Translations under genes and position numbers: made by a program | Notes under the pieces: generated by a model | Told to the model about the DNA's origin: nothing | The model's database searches: none | What the model saw: the letters and a program-made list of their open reading frames with translations, nothing else | In this document: positions 27,716 through 37,496 of the stretch, piece by piece | Numbering within the stretch: position 1 is the first letter of the stretch | How the letters are laid out: every line of letters begins with the position of its first letter | Assembly (NCBI GenBank): GCA_965248435.1 | Contig: OZ252100.1 | Coordinates: forward strand, 4,992,001 to 5,056,000 | Direction: 5' to 3' | DNA length: 64,000 nucleotides | DNA from: Candidatus Latescibacterota bacterium | GTDB taxonomy: Bacteria > Latescibacterota > UBA2968 > GCA-2709665

Positions 27716-29293
27716 CGTTGATCGTGAATCGTGGATTCTAACTCCCCGCACTAAAAGGAAGTGGCCCAACGCCTGAGTAATGGAGTTTAAAAGCCGAATG
27801 CTAGAATAGGATATGAGCTTCAGTGTCTCAAGACGGCTTTTAAAACTCCGGAGATCGTGGATCGTAAAAACGCGTATCTCGTATCGCCGGGGAATGCATC
27901 GTTTCCGTGGCCCTCCGCCTCTTTCCGCTTTTCTCCGTGATCCAGCCTGTTTGCCATCGCCCTCGCTTGCAATTTCCTGAAGACATGAAATCTTCCGAGC
28001 GGATTCCCGCGCATCCCCTTCGATGAGGCAATAAAGCTCCAGTTCCTCCGGACATCCGCAGGGTCGCCGCCACAGGCCTGCTTTTGTGAGCGCTGCTTCC
28101 AGAGCCTTTCTCTGTGAAGCGTCCCGCACCAGGAAGTAGAGTCCGGCGGGGAGGTCATCCACGCGGTGAACAAAGATGGCCAGATGAATATGAGGCTTCC
28201 AGGGAAGCGTGCTGAACGGAATGTTTCCTGGGACGGCCAGGGTCTTTTGAAGGATTCGATAGAACGTGTCTCGAGAGATTCGAGTCTCTCCGTCCATCGC
28301 CACGGCACTCCGGCGTTGGCGAATCATCTTGCGAAGAGAAACAGGACGAATGTCCAAAGACCACGGCTTCGGTGGACTTTTAAACGGTTCATACGGGCTC
28401 GAACCACGCCGCTTCCGAGCCGCCTCTGCAATTTCATCCATACCCCATTCAACGTGAGACGGACTCAGTTGATTGGGACGGCCACGCCAGTCAAGAGACT
28501 CGAAAGTCAGAACATGGTCCTGGGGCAAACCTGCTTCATTCGCCTCTTTTCCAACCGGACCTATGGCCAGCAGCACATCCGGCTCTTCCGGCTCGGCGTC
28601 GTGATCACGAAATGTGCCCGTGAGCATCGCCAACTCATCCGTGCTCAAATCGTCCAGCATCCACGCGTGCCAGCCAAGCCCGGCTGCGGCGATACTGACA
28701 GCCCCGATGGCGTGACCGGCATCGTGCTGGCAGTAGCGATAGGCGCGCTGACCGTACTTCCAGGCCTCTCGCCAGTGAATGGAAGTGAGTCCTATGAAGA
28801 GTGTGTCCTTCGGGAATTTCACGCAGAGGTTTTCCCATAACTCCAACCCGAACTCTGCCCGCACCTCCAACCCGTGTTCCCTGGGTGCATAATGGCAGAC
28901 CATGGGCTTGTCGCATAGTGCTTCTACAGGACCGCAGATCAGGTAGGCCTCGGTCGGATGCAGATTCCCACTGGAAGGATTGACGCGTAGTGCCCAACGG
29001 GTCTCGCCCGTGCTTTTCCAGGCAGATATCGCGAGGCTATCGTAGAAGAGTTGAGAAATGCTTCGCAAGTTCATCGGAACGGGGGGGATTCGGCCCTGAA
29101 TAAAGGCATCGTCGTATCGCGGTTCATCCGTGGGTCCGATTTTCTCCAGAGGTACCAACCGCGCGCCCTCATACCGACGAAAAGGGTTCGGCTGAGTGGC
29201 CCAATCCAAATATCCCGGGCTCCTGGCAAAGCCCTGGAAGTGATGCTTTGTGGCCTGGTGATAATCGAAGACGTTTTCGAGCGGGTCGGTCAT
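27677..29293 (-). pseudogene. SagB/ThcOx family nitroreductase-like dehydrogenase, C-terminally truncated near 27957
   Basis: YHQATKH, LDWATQPNPFRRY, LRVNPSSGNLHPTEAY, REAWKYG.RAYRYC.HD; after CLQEIASEG the frame runs into repeat-derived sequence. Confidence 0.75.
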
Positions 29294-29428
29294 AGCCGTG
29301 TGCGAGGGGGTTTAAAGTCCGCTACAATACGTGAGATGATCGTTTCTCGTAAAATACAGTTTTTCTTCGTTGCAGGACGCTATCGATATACAGTGAGGGG
29401 TGGGTTGTATCGCGAACTTCACAACAGC

Positions 29429-29743
29429 ATGCCTCCGGCGTTCCGCCCGTCGGCTCGCTGTCTTCGATCACGAACTCGCCGTTGACCATCACGAAGTCGA
29501 TGCCGACGGGCCTCTGAACGTTGCTACCAGTACCAACTTTTCTTGTCTCGCCACAAGAAAAGTAGACAAAAGAAGGGCGCCGCTCAGTCGCCGCGGGGCT
29601 CGGGCCGCGGCACCTCACCCTCAGTGGCATAAACAGTCCACGGCAGGAAGGCCAAATCCTCACCAAGCGCTCGCGATCACTGAGGAACCAACCCGCTGGG
29701 AGGAGAAATGGTCTGGTTGCATCGGAGTCGCACACCGCGGCCC
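29429..29743 (+). repeat. Structured dispersed repeat, copy 6 (module B) with a captured D-aminoacylase 3' fragment at 29441-29532
   Basis: Insert translates on the minus strand as PVGIDFVMVNGEFVIEDSEPTGGTP. Confidence 0.88.
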
Positions 29744-29900
29744 TGATGGGTTTGTGCAATTTTTTTAGCGAGCTTGACAGACAGTGGCAACTTGAAAATC
29801 GACCCTTCACATTTAGCACAGCTCAAAAGAACCGCTCAATTTGGGATCGAAAGATCAAGGGGAGCAGCTTGGCTTGAAGCGCAGCTCCCGGCAGAACGCT

Positions 29901-31841
29901 TCACCACGTATTTATTTCGTGCCCATTCCCCGGAAACCATATAAAATCCACGACGAATCCCAGCGCAACTGCCGCCAGATAGCCGATGATGATGCCGAGG
30001 AAGAGAGGCGCGGTTCGCCGGTAGCTTTCCAATCCACCGATTCTCAGGATCAGCACTTTGGTCAACCAGACGATGAAGATCGGTGAAATGCTGTTCCGCA
30101 GGACGGCCGACGCGGAAATCGTGAACCCGATCGGGGAGATCGGGAAGGTCGGAAACCAGGTCCGCAGGCCGAACAGTACAGCCACCAACGCTCCGCCGAT
30201 CCCCAGAAACGCGATCCGGTCCCAGCCGACCCCGAGATCGCCCTGCTGCATCCGACCCGCCGCGAACGTCCACATCCCGCCTCCCGGCGCCCCCCGCCGG
30301 TAGAACAGCGCGCTCCCGAAGTTGGAGCTGCCCACGCCGTGATACCCCTGATCGATCGTGAACCAGATGACCGTGGCGGCGCCGACGAACGCCCCGAGGA
30401 GGACGGCCGGCACCAGGCCGCGTCGAAACCGGACCGACATCGCGTCCGCGATGCGCGGGACGTGGGCGAGCATCGTCAGCCCGAAGGTCTTGGCGTCGCA
30501 GAAGAAGGTGTAGCTCAGGCCGCCGAGCACGACCGCGCTGGCGGGCGACATGCCGGTCATGCCGAACAGGTGCCACGTGAAGGCCTGCGCCGTGATCGGA
30601 CCCCGGAGGTAGACGAGTCCGGACTCGGCGATGATGCGCGCGAGGGCCAGGTAGAGGACGAAGGTGCTGAACCCGAACGCGATCAGCGGGCCCCACTCGA
30701 ACCCGGCGCGCCGGAGCCAGACCGCCATGAAGAGGAGGCTGGCGATCAGGAGCCGGGCCGCCCAGCCGTAGGACATCAGCTCCTGCGTGTCCCGTTCGGA
30801 TCGATCGGATCGACGCTGCGTCAGCGCCGATTTGAAGACCTGGAAAAGATGGTCCCGGGCGATCCAGAGGCCATACGCGACGAACACGATCATCCCGCCG
30901 AAGGACTGCCAGCCGATCGCGGGGTGGAAGGAGCACCAGGGGTCCGAGCTGCCCATGTCGAACCCGACCCGGTTGAAGATGCCGGCCTGGAGCATGGCCA
31001 GGATGTGGAACAGCCAGATACTCAACAGGACTTCGGACCGGGTGAAGTAGCCGAACCCGATCGTCATCGGGAGCAGTTTGAAGCGAAACGCGGGAAACCC
31101 ACGCGCGATCGGGATCGTGTGCCGGATCAACATCGGAATGAACGGCAGGGTCGGCACGAACCAGCCGCCGATGTTCCACGCGAGCGCGCTGAACACAGCC
31201 CAGAACCCGATCCGGAACAGCGGGTTCCGGACGAGGGTCTGAAGCGTCCCCGTCGAACCGGAGGCGCCCGTGAGCTCCAGGAGCACGGTGGCGATCGGGA
31301 AGGGGAGGCGTTCGTGCTCGGTCCACTGCCTGCGCAGGAGGATCGACAGGCAGAAGGAGGCGAGCAGGAGCGCGCCGAGAAACGTGCCCCACCAGAAGAG
31401 GGGGGTGAGCCACGGCCCCCAGGGGATCGGCTGGTCCAGCGGCAGGCCCTCGTAGAAGCCGACGGTCGCGGGCTTGTCGGTGACGATGGTCCAGTCCGCG
31501 ATGTGGGGCCGCATGAAATCGTTCCACTGGTTTTCCGAGTTGGCCCAGTAGGTGACCTGGGAGATGACGAGAAGGAGGTAGTCGGAGAGCCATTCGCCCT
31601 GCATCACGGCGGCGACCATGCCGACGCAGGCGATGACGAGGAGTTCGGAGGCGGAGAGGCCGCCGCCCCAGCGGTCGAGGAGGCGGTTGAACAGGAGGAG
31701 GATGAGGAAGGGGATGAGGAAGGCGGCGGAGAGGTGGGAGAAGGCGTACTGGGAGGAGCGCATTACGTTCGTGGAGTAGGCCGCGAAGAGGTTGACCAGT
31801 GCGGCCATGAATAGGGCGAGGAGAAGGGATCTGCGCGTCAT
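29901..31841 (-). CDS. Polytopic membrane protein, DUF6785/DUF6784-like (putative transporter)
   Basis: Many TM segments; LRRQWTEHERLPFPI, LARIIAESG, PISPIGF motifs; start MTRRSLL. Confidence 0.7.
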   Translation of the reverse strand: MTRRSLLLALFMAALVNLFAAYSTNVMRSSQYAFSHLSAAFLIPFLILLLFNRLLDRWGGGLSASELLVIACVGMVAAVMQGEWLSDYLLLVISQVTYWANSENQWNDFMRPHIADWTIVTDKPATVGFYEGLPLDQPIPWGPWLTPLFWWGTFLGALLLASFCLSILLRRQWTEHERLPFPIATVLLELTGASGSTGTLQTLVRNPLFRIGFWAVFSALAWNIGGWFVPTLPFIPMLIRHTIPIARGFPAFRFKLLPMTIGFGYFTRSEVLLSIWLFHILAMLQAGIFNRVGFDMGSSDPWCSFHPAIGWQSFGGMIVFVAYGLWIARDHLFQVFKSALTQRRSDRSERDTQELMSYGWAARLLIASLLFMAVWLRRAGFEWGPLIAFGFSTFVLYLALARIIAESGLVYLRGPITAQAFTWHLFGMTGMSPASAVVLGGLSYTFFCDAKTFGLTMLAHVPRIADAMSVRFRRGLVPAVLLGAFVGAATVIWFTIDQGYHGVGSSNFGSALFYRRGAPGGGMWTFAAGRMQQGDLGVGWDRIAFLGIGGALVAVLFGLRTWFPTFPISPIGFTISASAVLRNSISPIFIVWLTKVLILRIGGLESYRRTAPLFLGIIIGYLAAVALGFVVDFIWFPGNGHEINTW

Positions 31842-31957
31842 GAGCGTGTCTCGTATCTCGTATTTCGTATCTCGTGGTGAATGACGACGCTCCTCAGAAT
31901 CCGCAAGCCACAATCCGAAATCCACAATTGTAGATAGCGTCTCGCTTCTCGAACTGC

Positions 31958-32194
31958 ATGCCTCCGGCGGCCTACTTTTCTTGTCTCGCCACAAGAAAAG
32001 TAGGCAAAAGAAAGGCGCCGCTCAAACGCCGCGGGGGCTCGGCCGCGGCACCTCACCCTCAGTGGAAAGGACGGTGGCGGCAATCAGGGCGGGACTCCTG
32101 CCCCGCCTGACGCCCACTATGGGACCGGACCAGAGGGCCTAACCGTGTGGGAGGTGAAAGAACGAGGTTGCATCGGAGTCGCACACCGCGGCCC
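31958..32194 (+). repeat. Structured dispersed repeat, copy 7 (module A)
   Basis: Near-identical to copy 1. Confidence 0.9.
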
Positions 32195-32628
32195 TGATGA
32201 TTTCGAACGATCTTTTTCGCGAGTTTGAGAGATGCTAGTCCCCTCCTGGGTCGGGGTGGGTCACAATAGGGTTTCTGCCCATCAGACCCACCCCTAAATC
32301 CCCCCCAAGGAGGGCACTCTAACAATCGCACCAGACGCTTTCCGGGGTGCCCCGGAGGGGCGGGGTGGGTATCTCTTGGATCGTTTGTGGCCTCCATAAA
32401 CTATGGTGCTTGACGGATAAGCGCGGAAAAGTCCCACCCCAAGTCATGGTTCATGGGAGTGGCGGAGTTTCGTGTCTTTCGTGGACTTTCGTGTTCTTTC
32501 GTGATGGTCCAATATCGAATATCTAAGGTTCAATAATCAAGTGGCTTGTTTGTGAGGCTACATTCATTAAGTGCTGAAGAATGCAAAATTGTCATTCCCG
32601 CGAAGGCATGTCCCGGGCTAGTTGGAAG

Positions 32629-32662
32629 TTGACTTTTTCTCATTAGTTGATATATTCAACTA
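32629..32662 (+). promoter_or_regulatory. Promoter (TTGACT-N16-TATATT) overlapped by palindromic operator TAGTTGA-tatat-TCAACTA; probably leaderless
   Basis: Palindrome 32644-32662 brackets the -10 box; ATG starts at 32662, 5 nt after the -10. Confidence 0.6.
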
Positions 32663-33021
32663 TGGATTGGTTGAATGCGATCAGGCGCCTGCTTGGACAC
32701 AGAGTTTTGGTTGAGCACGAGCCTGAAACTGATAGATACGCTCGAGCCCGCCAGAAACTGCGATACCTTATTGAACGTGGGCAATTGATCGGCAGAAAGA
32801 GTAGAAGCGAGACCTTAACGGAGCTTGTCGTGTGGGCCCCGTCAAGCTCGGGAGGGCGATCTGGATACTACGCCTGTTTCAGAGTCTCTCACAAAGAGGA
32901 CGATGTGCTGCACGCTGTCCTTTACTGCTTCTACGATGGCACTGACGGTTCACCGTCTGTGACTTCGGCGGATGCTGCACGTCGTATTGCTATTTCGGAA
33001 GGCTTCCTTGAAGGAGAATGA
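32662..33021 (+). CDS. Hypothetical protein, putative type II toxin
   Basis: 119 aa; ATGA overlap with the downstream HTH gene. Confidence 0.55.
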   Translation: MDWLNAIRRLLGHRVLVEHEPETDRYARARQKLRYLIERGQLIGRKSRSETLTELVVWAPSSSGGRSGYYACFRVSHKEDDVLHAVLYCFYDGTDGSPSVTSADAARRIAISEGFLEGE

Positions 33022-33497
33022 AGATGCGTCGCCAAACAGAGAAAGACTACAAGTACCGCGCAGCCGGTCGAACCTGGCTTGTCCCTGAACTGCACCTCGA
33101 GAAGATGCCAGACGGGACATTGACGATCTCACAGGATGAGATTGACAGAATACACAGGGCCATTGCAAACCAAATCTGTGGTTCCCCGGAAGCGCTCACC
33201 TTTGAAGAACTGGAGTTCCTTTCCGATGTCAGCGCGACTCCATTCTACGAGGTCGCAAAACAGATTGGGATGCACAAGAGCACCTTATCCAAGTGGCGAA
33301 AGTCAGGGGCTGTTCCAAACAGCATTACAAGCATTTTTCTGAAACGGTGGTTTTGGTTCAGGCTCTTCGGACAAGGTCTTGGCAATAAGACAGTCAAGCT
33401 GAAGGATCTTGGTGACGAAGCAGCCTTCCTTACTCTGGCCAAGTCGCACGCTATTGGGCAGAAACTTACAGAATCCGTTACAGAACTCACTGCCTGA
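33018..33497 (+). CDS. XRE-HTH protein, MqsA-like putative antitoxin
   Basis: LHRAIA-like IHRAIA..I....LT.EELEFL linker followed by HTH EVAKQIGMHKSTLSKW. Confidence 0.65.
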   Translation: MKMRRQTEKDYKYRAAGRTWLVPELHLEKMPDGTLTISQDEIDRIHRAIANQICGSPEALTFEELEFLSDVSATPFYEVAKQIGMHKSTLSKWRKSGAVPNSITSIFLKRWFWFRLFGQGLGNKTVKLKDLGDEAAFLTLAKSHAIGQKLTESVTELTA

Positions 33498-33559
33498 GGC
33501 CGTGGATCGTAAAGATTAGCTTATGTGCTAATCTACATGAAGTTTGAAGAAGGCATTAA

Positions 33560-33655
33560 ATGAGGAGCTTTAGAAAACACCTGAATGAAAAGCTGAAGCG
33601 CGAGCGATTCAAGAAGCTATATAGTGAGGAGAGGCAGCTGGCCGAAATTGGCTGT
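33560..33655 (+). pseudogene. N-terminal fragment of a HigA-like antitoxin
   Basis: MRSFRKHLNEKLKRERFKKLYSEERQLAEI, then the reading frame loses similarity. Confidence 0.5.
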
Positions 33656-33681
33656 CAAAATCCACCGCAAGGAGATGGAGG

Positions 33682-33955
33682 ATGAGTAAGTCAAAGAGGG
33701 ACATCGACCATGAGATTCTTGAAGGACTTCAGGAGATTAAGCGTGGCAAACACGGCCGGGTGATCAATGTGCCGGATATTGCCGAGATCCGGAAGAAGTC
33801 AGGCCTTTCTCAGGCTCAGTTTGCCCAACTGTTGGGTGTATCGGTTCGAACACTGCAGGGGATTGGGAGCAGGGCCGTCGCAGTCCATCAGGCGCTGCAC
33901 GAACTTTACTTATGATCGCGGCCAAGAATCCACAGGCGGTATTGGACGTGGCCTA
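33682..33955 (+). pseudogene. Frameshifted HigA2-like HTH antitoxin
   Basis: GLSQAQFAQLLGVSVRTLQ continues in another frame as WEQGRRSPSGAARTLLMIAAKNPQAVLDVA; shift at G run ~33858-33861. Confidence 0.72.
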
Positions 33956-34143
33956 AGAACAATCTGCAATCCCCAACCCGCAATTGTCCTACGGACCCCG
34001 GTACCCGTGTTTTGGTTTTCCGGTACCCGGTCTTCCGTGGCCCTCCGCCTTTCTTCCGCCTTTCTCCGTGATCCCCAGCCTTTCGCCTCCGCAATCCCCG
34101 ATCCGCAATCCGCAATTGATCGCGTTTCTGTTTCCCGAAAGGC

Positions 34144-34621
34144 ATGCCTTCGGCGACCTACCCTTCGGCAAGCTCAGGGCATGCTTTTCTTGTCTCGCCA
34201 CAAGAAAAGGGCTACCGCAACCGCCACCCTTGGGCACAGCGCGGCTGTGCCCCTACACTCCAAGATTTCGCCGTAGGGGCGCGGTCGTGCCGCGCCCGAA
34301 GGCAAAAGAAAGGCGCCCCTCAAACGCCGGGGAGGCTCGGCCGCGGCACCTCACCCTCAGTGGAATAGACGGTCACGGCAATCAGGGCAGGACTCCTGCA
34401 CCGCCTGACGCCCACTATGGGACCGGCCCAGAGGGCCTAACCGCGTGGGAGGTGAAAGAACGAGGTTGCATCGGAGTCGCACACCGCGGCCCTGACGGTT
34501 TTGAGCGATGACATTGCTTTCGTTCAAACGCACGCATTAATGAAACTCTTCCCCCTTTGGAAAAGGGGGACTGAGGGGGATTTCAAGATGCATCACGCAT
34601 CGGAGTCGCACACCGCGGCCC
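34144..34621 (+). repeat. Structured dispersed repeat, copy 8 (module A, 34144-34492) with nested insertions and the 3' extension
   Basis: Both arms of the first hairpin are interrupted; extension matches 7641-7769. Confidence 0.85.
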
Positions 34622-34747
34622 TGATGGTTTCGATGGTTTGTGGTGTGGTGGAGTTTCGTGCCTTTCGTGGATTTTCGTGTCCTTGATCCAGCCGTTCCCG
34701 TGTTTTGTCTTCCCGGTACCCGGACCCCGGTACCCTGTCACAACGAT

Positions 34748-35890
34748 TCACGCGTAAACGGCCCTTTCAAACCGATCATACACCGCCATAAACCTCGGCT
34801 CAGAAAACGGCAATGTCTGGGTCATGATAACCCCGGCGACGTCGCTGGCCGGGTCGAGCCAGAAATGGGTGTTGAGCGCGCCGGCCCAGGACTGCGAACC
34901 CGTAGCGCGTCTCCCCGGCACATCCTCTTCCATTCGCAGAAACCCGAGGCTGTGGCTCTTTTGGATGCCGGGGAAGAAATCCACATCTGCGACGAGCGAC
35001 GGATTTTGCGAGGTCATCTTGCCGACGCGGAGTTCGCCGATCTGGTTCGCGAGCATCGTCTCTACACCCGCCTCGCTCAATACCCGGCTGCCGTCCAGCT
35101 GTCCCCTGTTCAGGAACATCCTCAGAAACCGCATATAGTCGGGCACGGTGGAGTAGAGGGCGTTGCCCATCCCGTAAAACTCGGGATGAGACGGCGGTGC
35201 CAGGTCGGAATCGACGAAACGGCCGTCCTCGCGGCGCAGCTTCGCGTCGGCCAGACGATCGGCCAATCGGTCGGGGACTTCGAAGCAGGTGTCGGGCATG
35301 CCGAGCGGATCGAAGATCTCTTCCTGACAGAAGACGTCTATGCGGCGGCCGTCGATCTCTTCCACGATCTGACCGAGCCAGTCCACACCGACGCTGTAGG
35401 CCCATCGCTCGCCCGGTTCGGCAACGAGCGGGTAAAAAAGCGAGGTCTTGAGGCCGGAGCCGATCCAAAGGAATCCCGTGACTTCCATGTATCTGAGTAT
35501 GTCGCGGTTGAAGATCTCGTATGCGAAGCCGGCTGTATGTGTCGCCAGGTGACGCACGGTCGCCCTGACCTTCGGCGCGCGAAGGCGGGGTCTGTCACCG
35601 TCGAATCCCTCCAGGAGCCGGATCTCCGCGAACTGGGGCAGGATCTCTTCGGCGGGCGTGTCGAGCTTCAGTCGGCCGCGATCGATCAGGATCATCGCCG
35701 CGGTGGCGCCGACCGCTTTGCTCATCGAGAAGATCTTGAAGAGGGTCTCTTCACCCGCCGCCACACCGGGCGATCGGTCGCCCGCCGCGCCGGACCACAC
35801 GACGCCGCGTGAATTGCCTGACATCGCGACGACGAAGGGGACGTCGTTGGCGGCGACTGCGTCGCTCAGGATTGTATCAAGATCGCTCAT
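34748..35890 (-). CDS. Serine hydrolase, beta-lactamase-related family
   Basis: SMSK (SxxK), LATHTAG, PGERWAYS, WAGALNT.FWLDP. Confidence 0.88.
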   Translation of the reverse strand: MSDLDTILSDAVAANDVPFVVAMSGNSRGVVWSGAAGDRSPGVAAGEETLFKIFSMSKAVGATAAMILIDRGRLKLDTPAEEILPQFAEIRLLEGFDGDRPRLRAPKVRATVRHLATHTAGFAYEIFNRDILRYMEVTGFLWIGSGLKTSLFYPLVAEPGERWAYSVGVDWLGQIVEEIDGRRIDVFCQEEIFDPLGMPDTCFEVPDRLADRLADAKLRREDGRFVDSDLAPPSHPEFYGMGNALYSTVPDYMRFLRMFLNRGQLDGSRVLSEAGVETMLANQIGELRVGKMTSQNPSLVADVDFFPGIQKSHSLGFLRMEEDVPGRRATGSQSWAGALNTHFWLDPASDVAGVIMTQTLPFSEPRFMAVYDRFERAVYA

Positions 35891-35972
35891 AAACGTATCT
35901 CGTATCTCGGGGTAATGTGTCTCAGTCTGTTATTCCGCGAAAATCAAATCCCCCCTGCCCCCCTTTTACAAA

Positions 35973-37294
35973 GGTTCATCACCGATTTCCGGGGAAGGCG
36001 TGGCGGATTCTAAGAAAGAAATAATTATCATCCCTGAAGCCATATGCCATCCGCTTGATGACCTTGATTTTGTTGTTAATTCCCTCAATCAGGCTTGTCC
36101 CGATGGGATAGTCACAGTGAGCTAGGATTCCTGGCATATACGTCTTCAGATTGCGTGCGAATTTCTTGAGTGGCTCGATCTTGCTGTAGATGGCGCGTCG
36201 ATACCACTGATTCCAGAATCTGTTGGCCGCAGCTCTGGATCGATAAGACCAGAGATGATTGAGATCCTCTTTGAGGAGGTATACCGTGTAGAGGCGTTTG
36301 TTTGCAGAAAGCAATTCTCTTAGCGACACTCTGTCTTCTTTGCTCGTGACATTTGCTTTGCTGCGCAGGAGCAACCACCGTTGGTTCTGAGTCACTTTGC
36401 GATCGGGTCGGCCACCGCGCACCCGACCCAGTTCGTCGATGCGTACTCGCTCGACGACGTCGCGGTTGTACTTGGCTTTAACGTGATACAGGTCATAGAT
36501 GATGTCCACATCCGGACAATGGGATCGCACCTCCTCTTCGTAGGCACCGTTCATGTCCATCGCCACGGCCTCAAGTTGCTTGCAGCCTTCTTCTCCAAGG
36601 AGGTGGAAAAACGGGCGGATGTCCTCTCGACTTCGGCCGCGACCCACCCATAGGACACGCTTGGTCTCCATGTCAACAATCACTGTGGCGTAGCGATGGC
36701 CCTTTTGGATCGCAAATTCGTCCATGCCGATCACCGTGACCCTGGCAAAATCCGGCGGTTCCAGCTCTTGCTGGAGATGGGTCTTGTGAATGCGCTTCAC
36801 GGTATTCCAGCTCATCCCATAGTGCTGTGCCACGTGCTGGATGGGCAGGACTTCGCACAATCGAACAACACTTTCAGCCAGGCGTTGAGTGACCCGTGAA
36901 TACCGATCCAGCCAGTCAATCTGCTCCGTCCGGCAGCCACATCGGGGACATAGGACGCGCCGGGAGTGCACGATCAGCCTGGTTCGAGACCCCCAGATCG
37001 GCAAATCCTGAGCAAATCGCACTGCCCAATCATGAACCCGGTACGCCTTCTTCCCGCAACCACCACACCGAGGAAGGCGGCCTGTCTTGGGACGTAACTC
37101 GACTCCAACAACGTCTGCTTCCTGACGTTGAATGCCAACTACCACAAACCCTTGCCACCTACCCAGTAAGGATATACTTTGCACCTGAGACAACGCGCTC
37201 TCCTTTCTACCTTCAGGTTTATAGAGGATACTCTGAAGATAGGTCGGATGCCGTTGTCTCGTCTATTTTCTACCCCAACATTTGACGAAGAACC
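35973..37294 (-). mobile_element. ISL3 family insertion sequence, copy 1 (1322 bp) with 8-bp target duplication TTTACAAA
   Basis: Ends ggttcatcaccga / tttgacgaagaacc; TTTACAAA at 35965-35972 and 37295-37302. Confidence 0.93.
35979..37193 (-). CDS. ISL3 family transposase
   Basis: Zn finger CGGC/CPRC, GMDEFA, AMDM, DLYH, EGINNKIKVIKRMAYGFR. Confidence 0.95.
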   Translation of the reverse strand: MSQVQSISLLGRWQGFVVVGIQRQEADVVGVELRPKTGRLPRCGGCGKKAYRVHDWAVRFAQDLPIWGSRTRLIVHSRRVLCPRCGCRTEQIDWLDRYSRVTQRLAESVVRLCEVLPIQHVAQHYGMSWNTVKRIHKTHLQQELEPPDFARVTVIGMDEFAIQKGHRYATVIVDMETKRVLWVGRGRSREDIRPFFHLLGEEGCKQLEAVAMDMNGAYEEEVRSHCPDVDIIYDLYHVKAKYNRDVVERVRIDELGRVRGGRPDRKVTQNQRWLLLRSKANVTSKEDRVSLRELLSANKRLYTVYLLKEDLNHLWSYRSRAAANRFWNQWYRRAIYSKIEPLKKFARNLKTYMPGILAHCDYPIGTSLIEGINNKIKVIKRMAYGFRDDNYFFLRIRHAFPGNR

Positions 37295-37496
37295 TTTACA
37301 AAGGGGGGCAGGTTGCTCACGCAGGCGGAGACGCCCCATCGGGGCGTCTCTACGGTGATAGATCGTCTCCGTGCCCTCCTGTTCTTTCTGCTTTTCTCCG
37401 CCTTTTTCCGTGATCCAGCTTTTTTGGATCCAGGGTTTTGCGGTACCCGGTACCCGTGTTTTGGTTTCCCGGTACCCGGTACCCGGTACCCGGTTC

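Noticed and set aside
27621-27720. Two palindromic repeats at 64-bp period as a mini CRISPR array
   Set aside because: Only two units, the centres differ, and no cas genes are present.
37441-37494. GGTACCC and TCGTATC runs as CRISPR or iterons
   Set aside because: Heptamer units without unique spacers, and no rep gene nearby.
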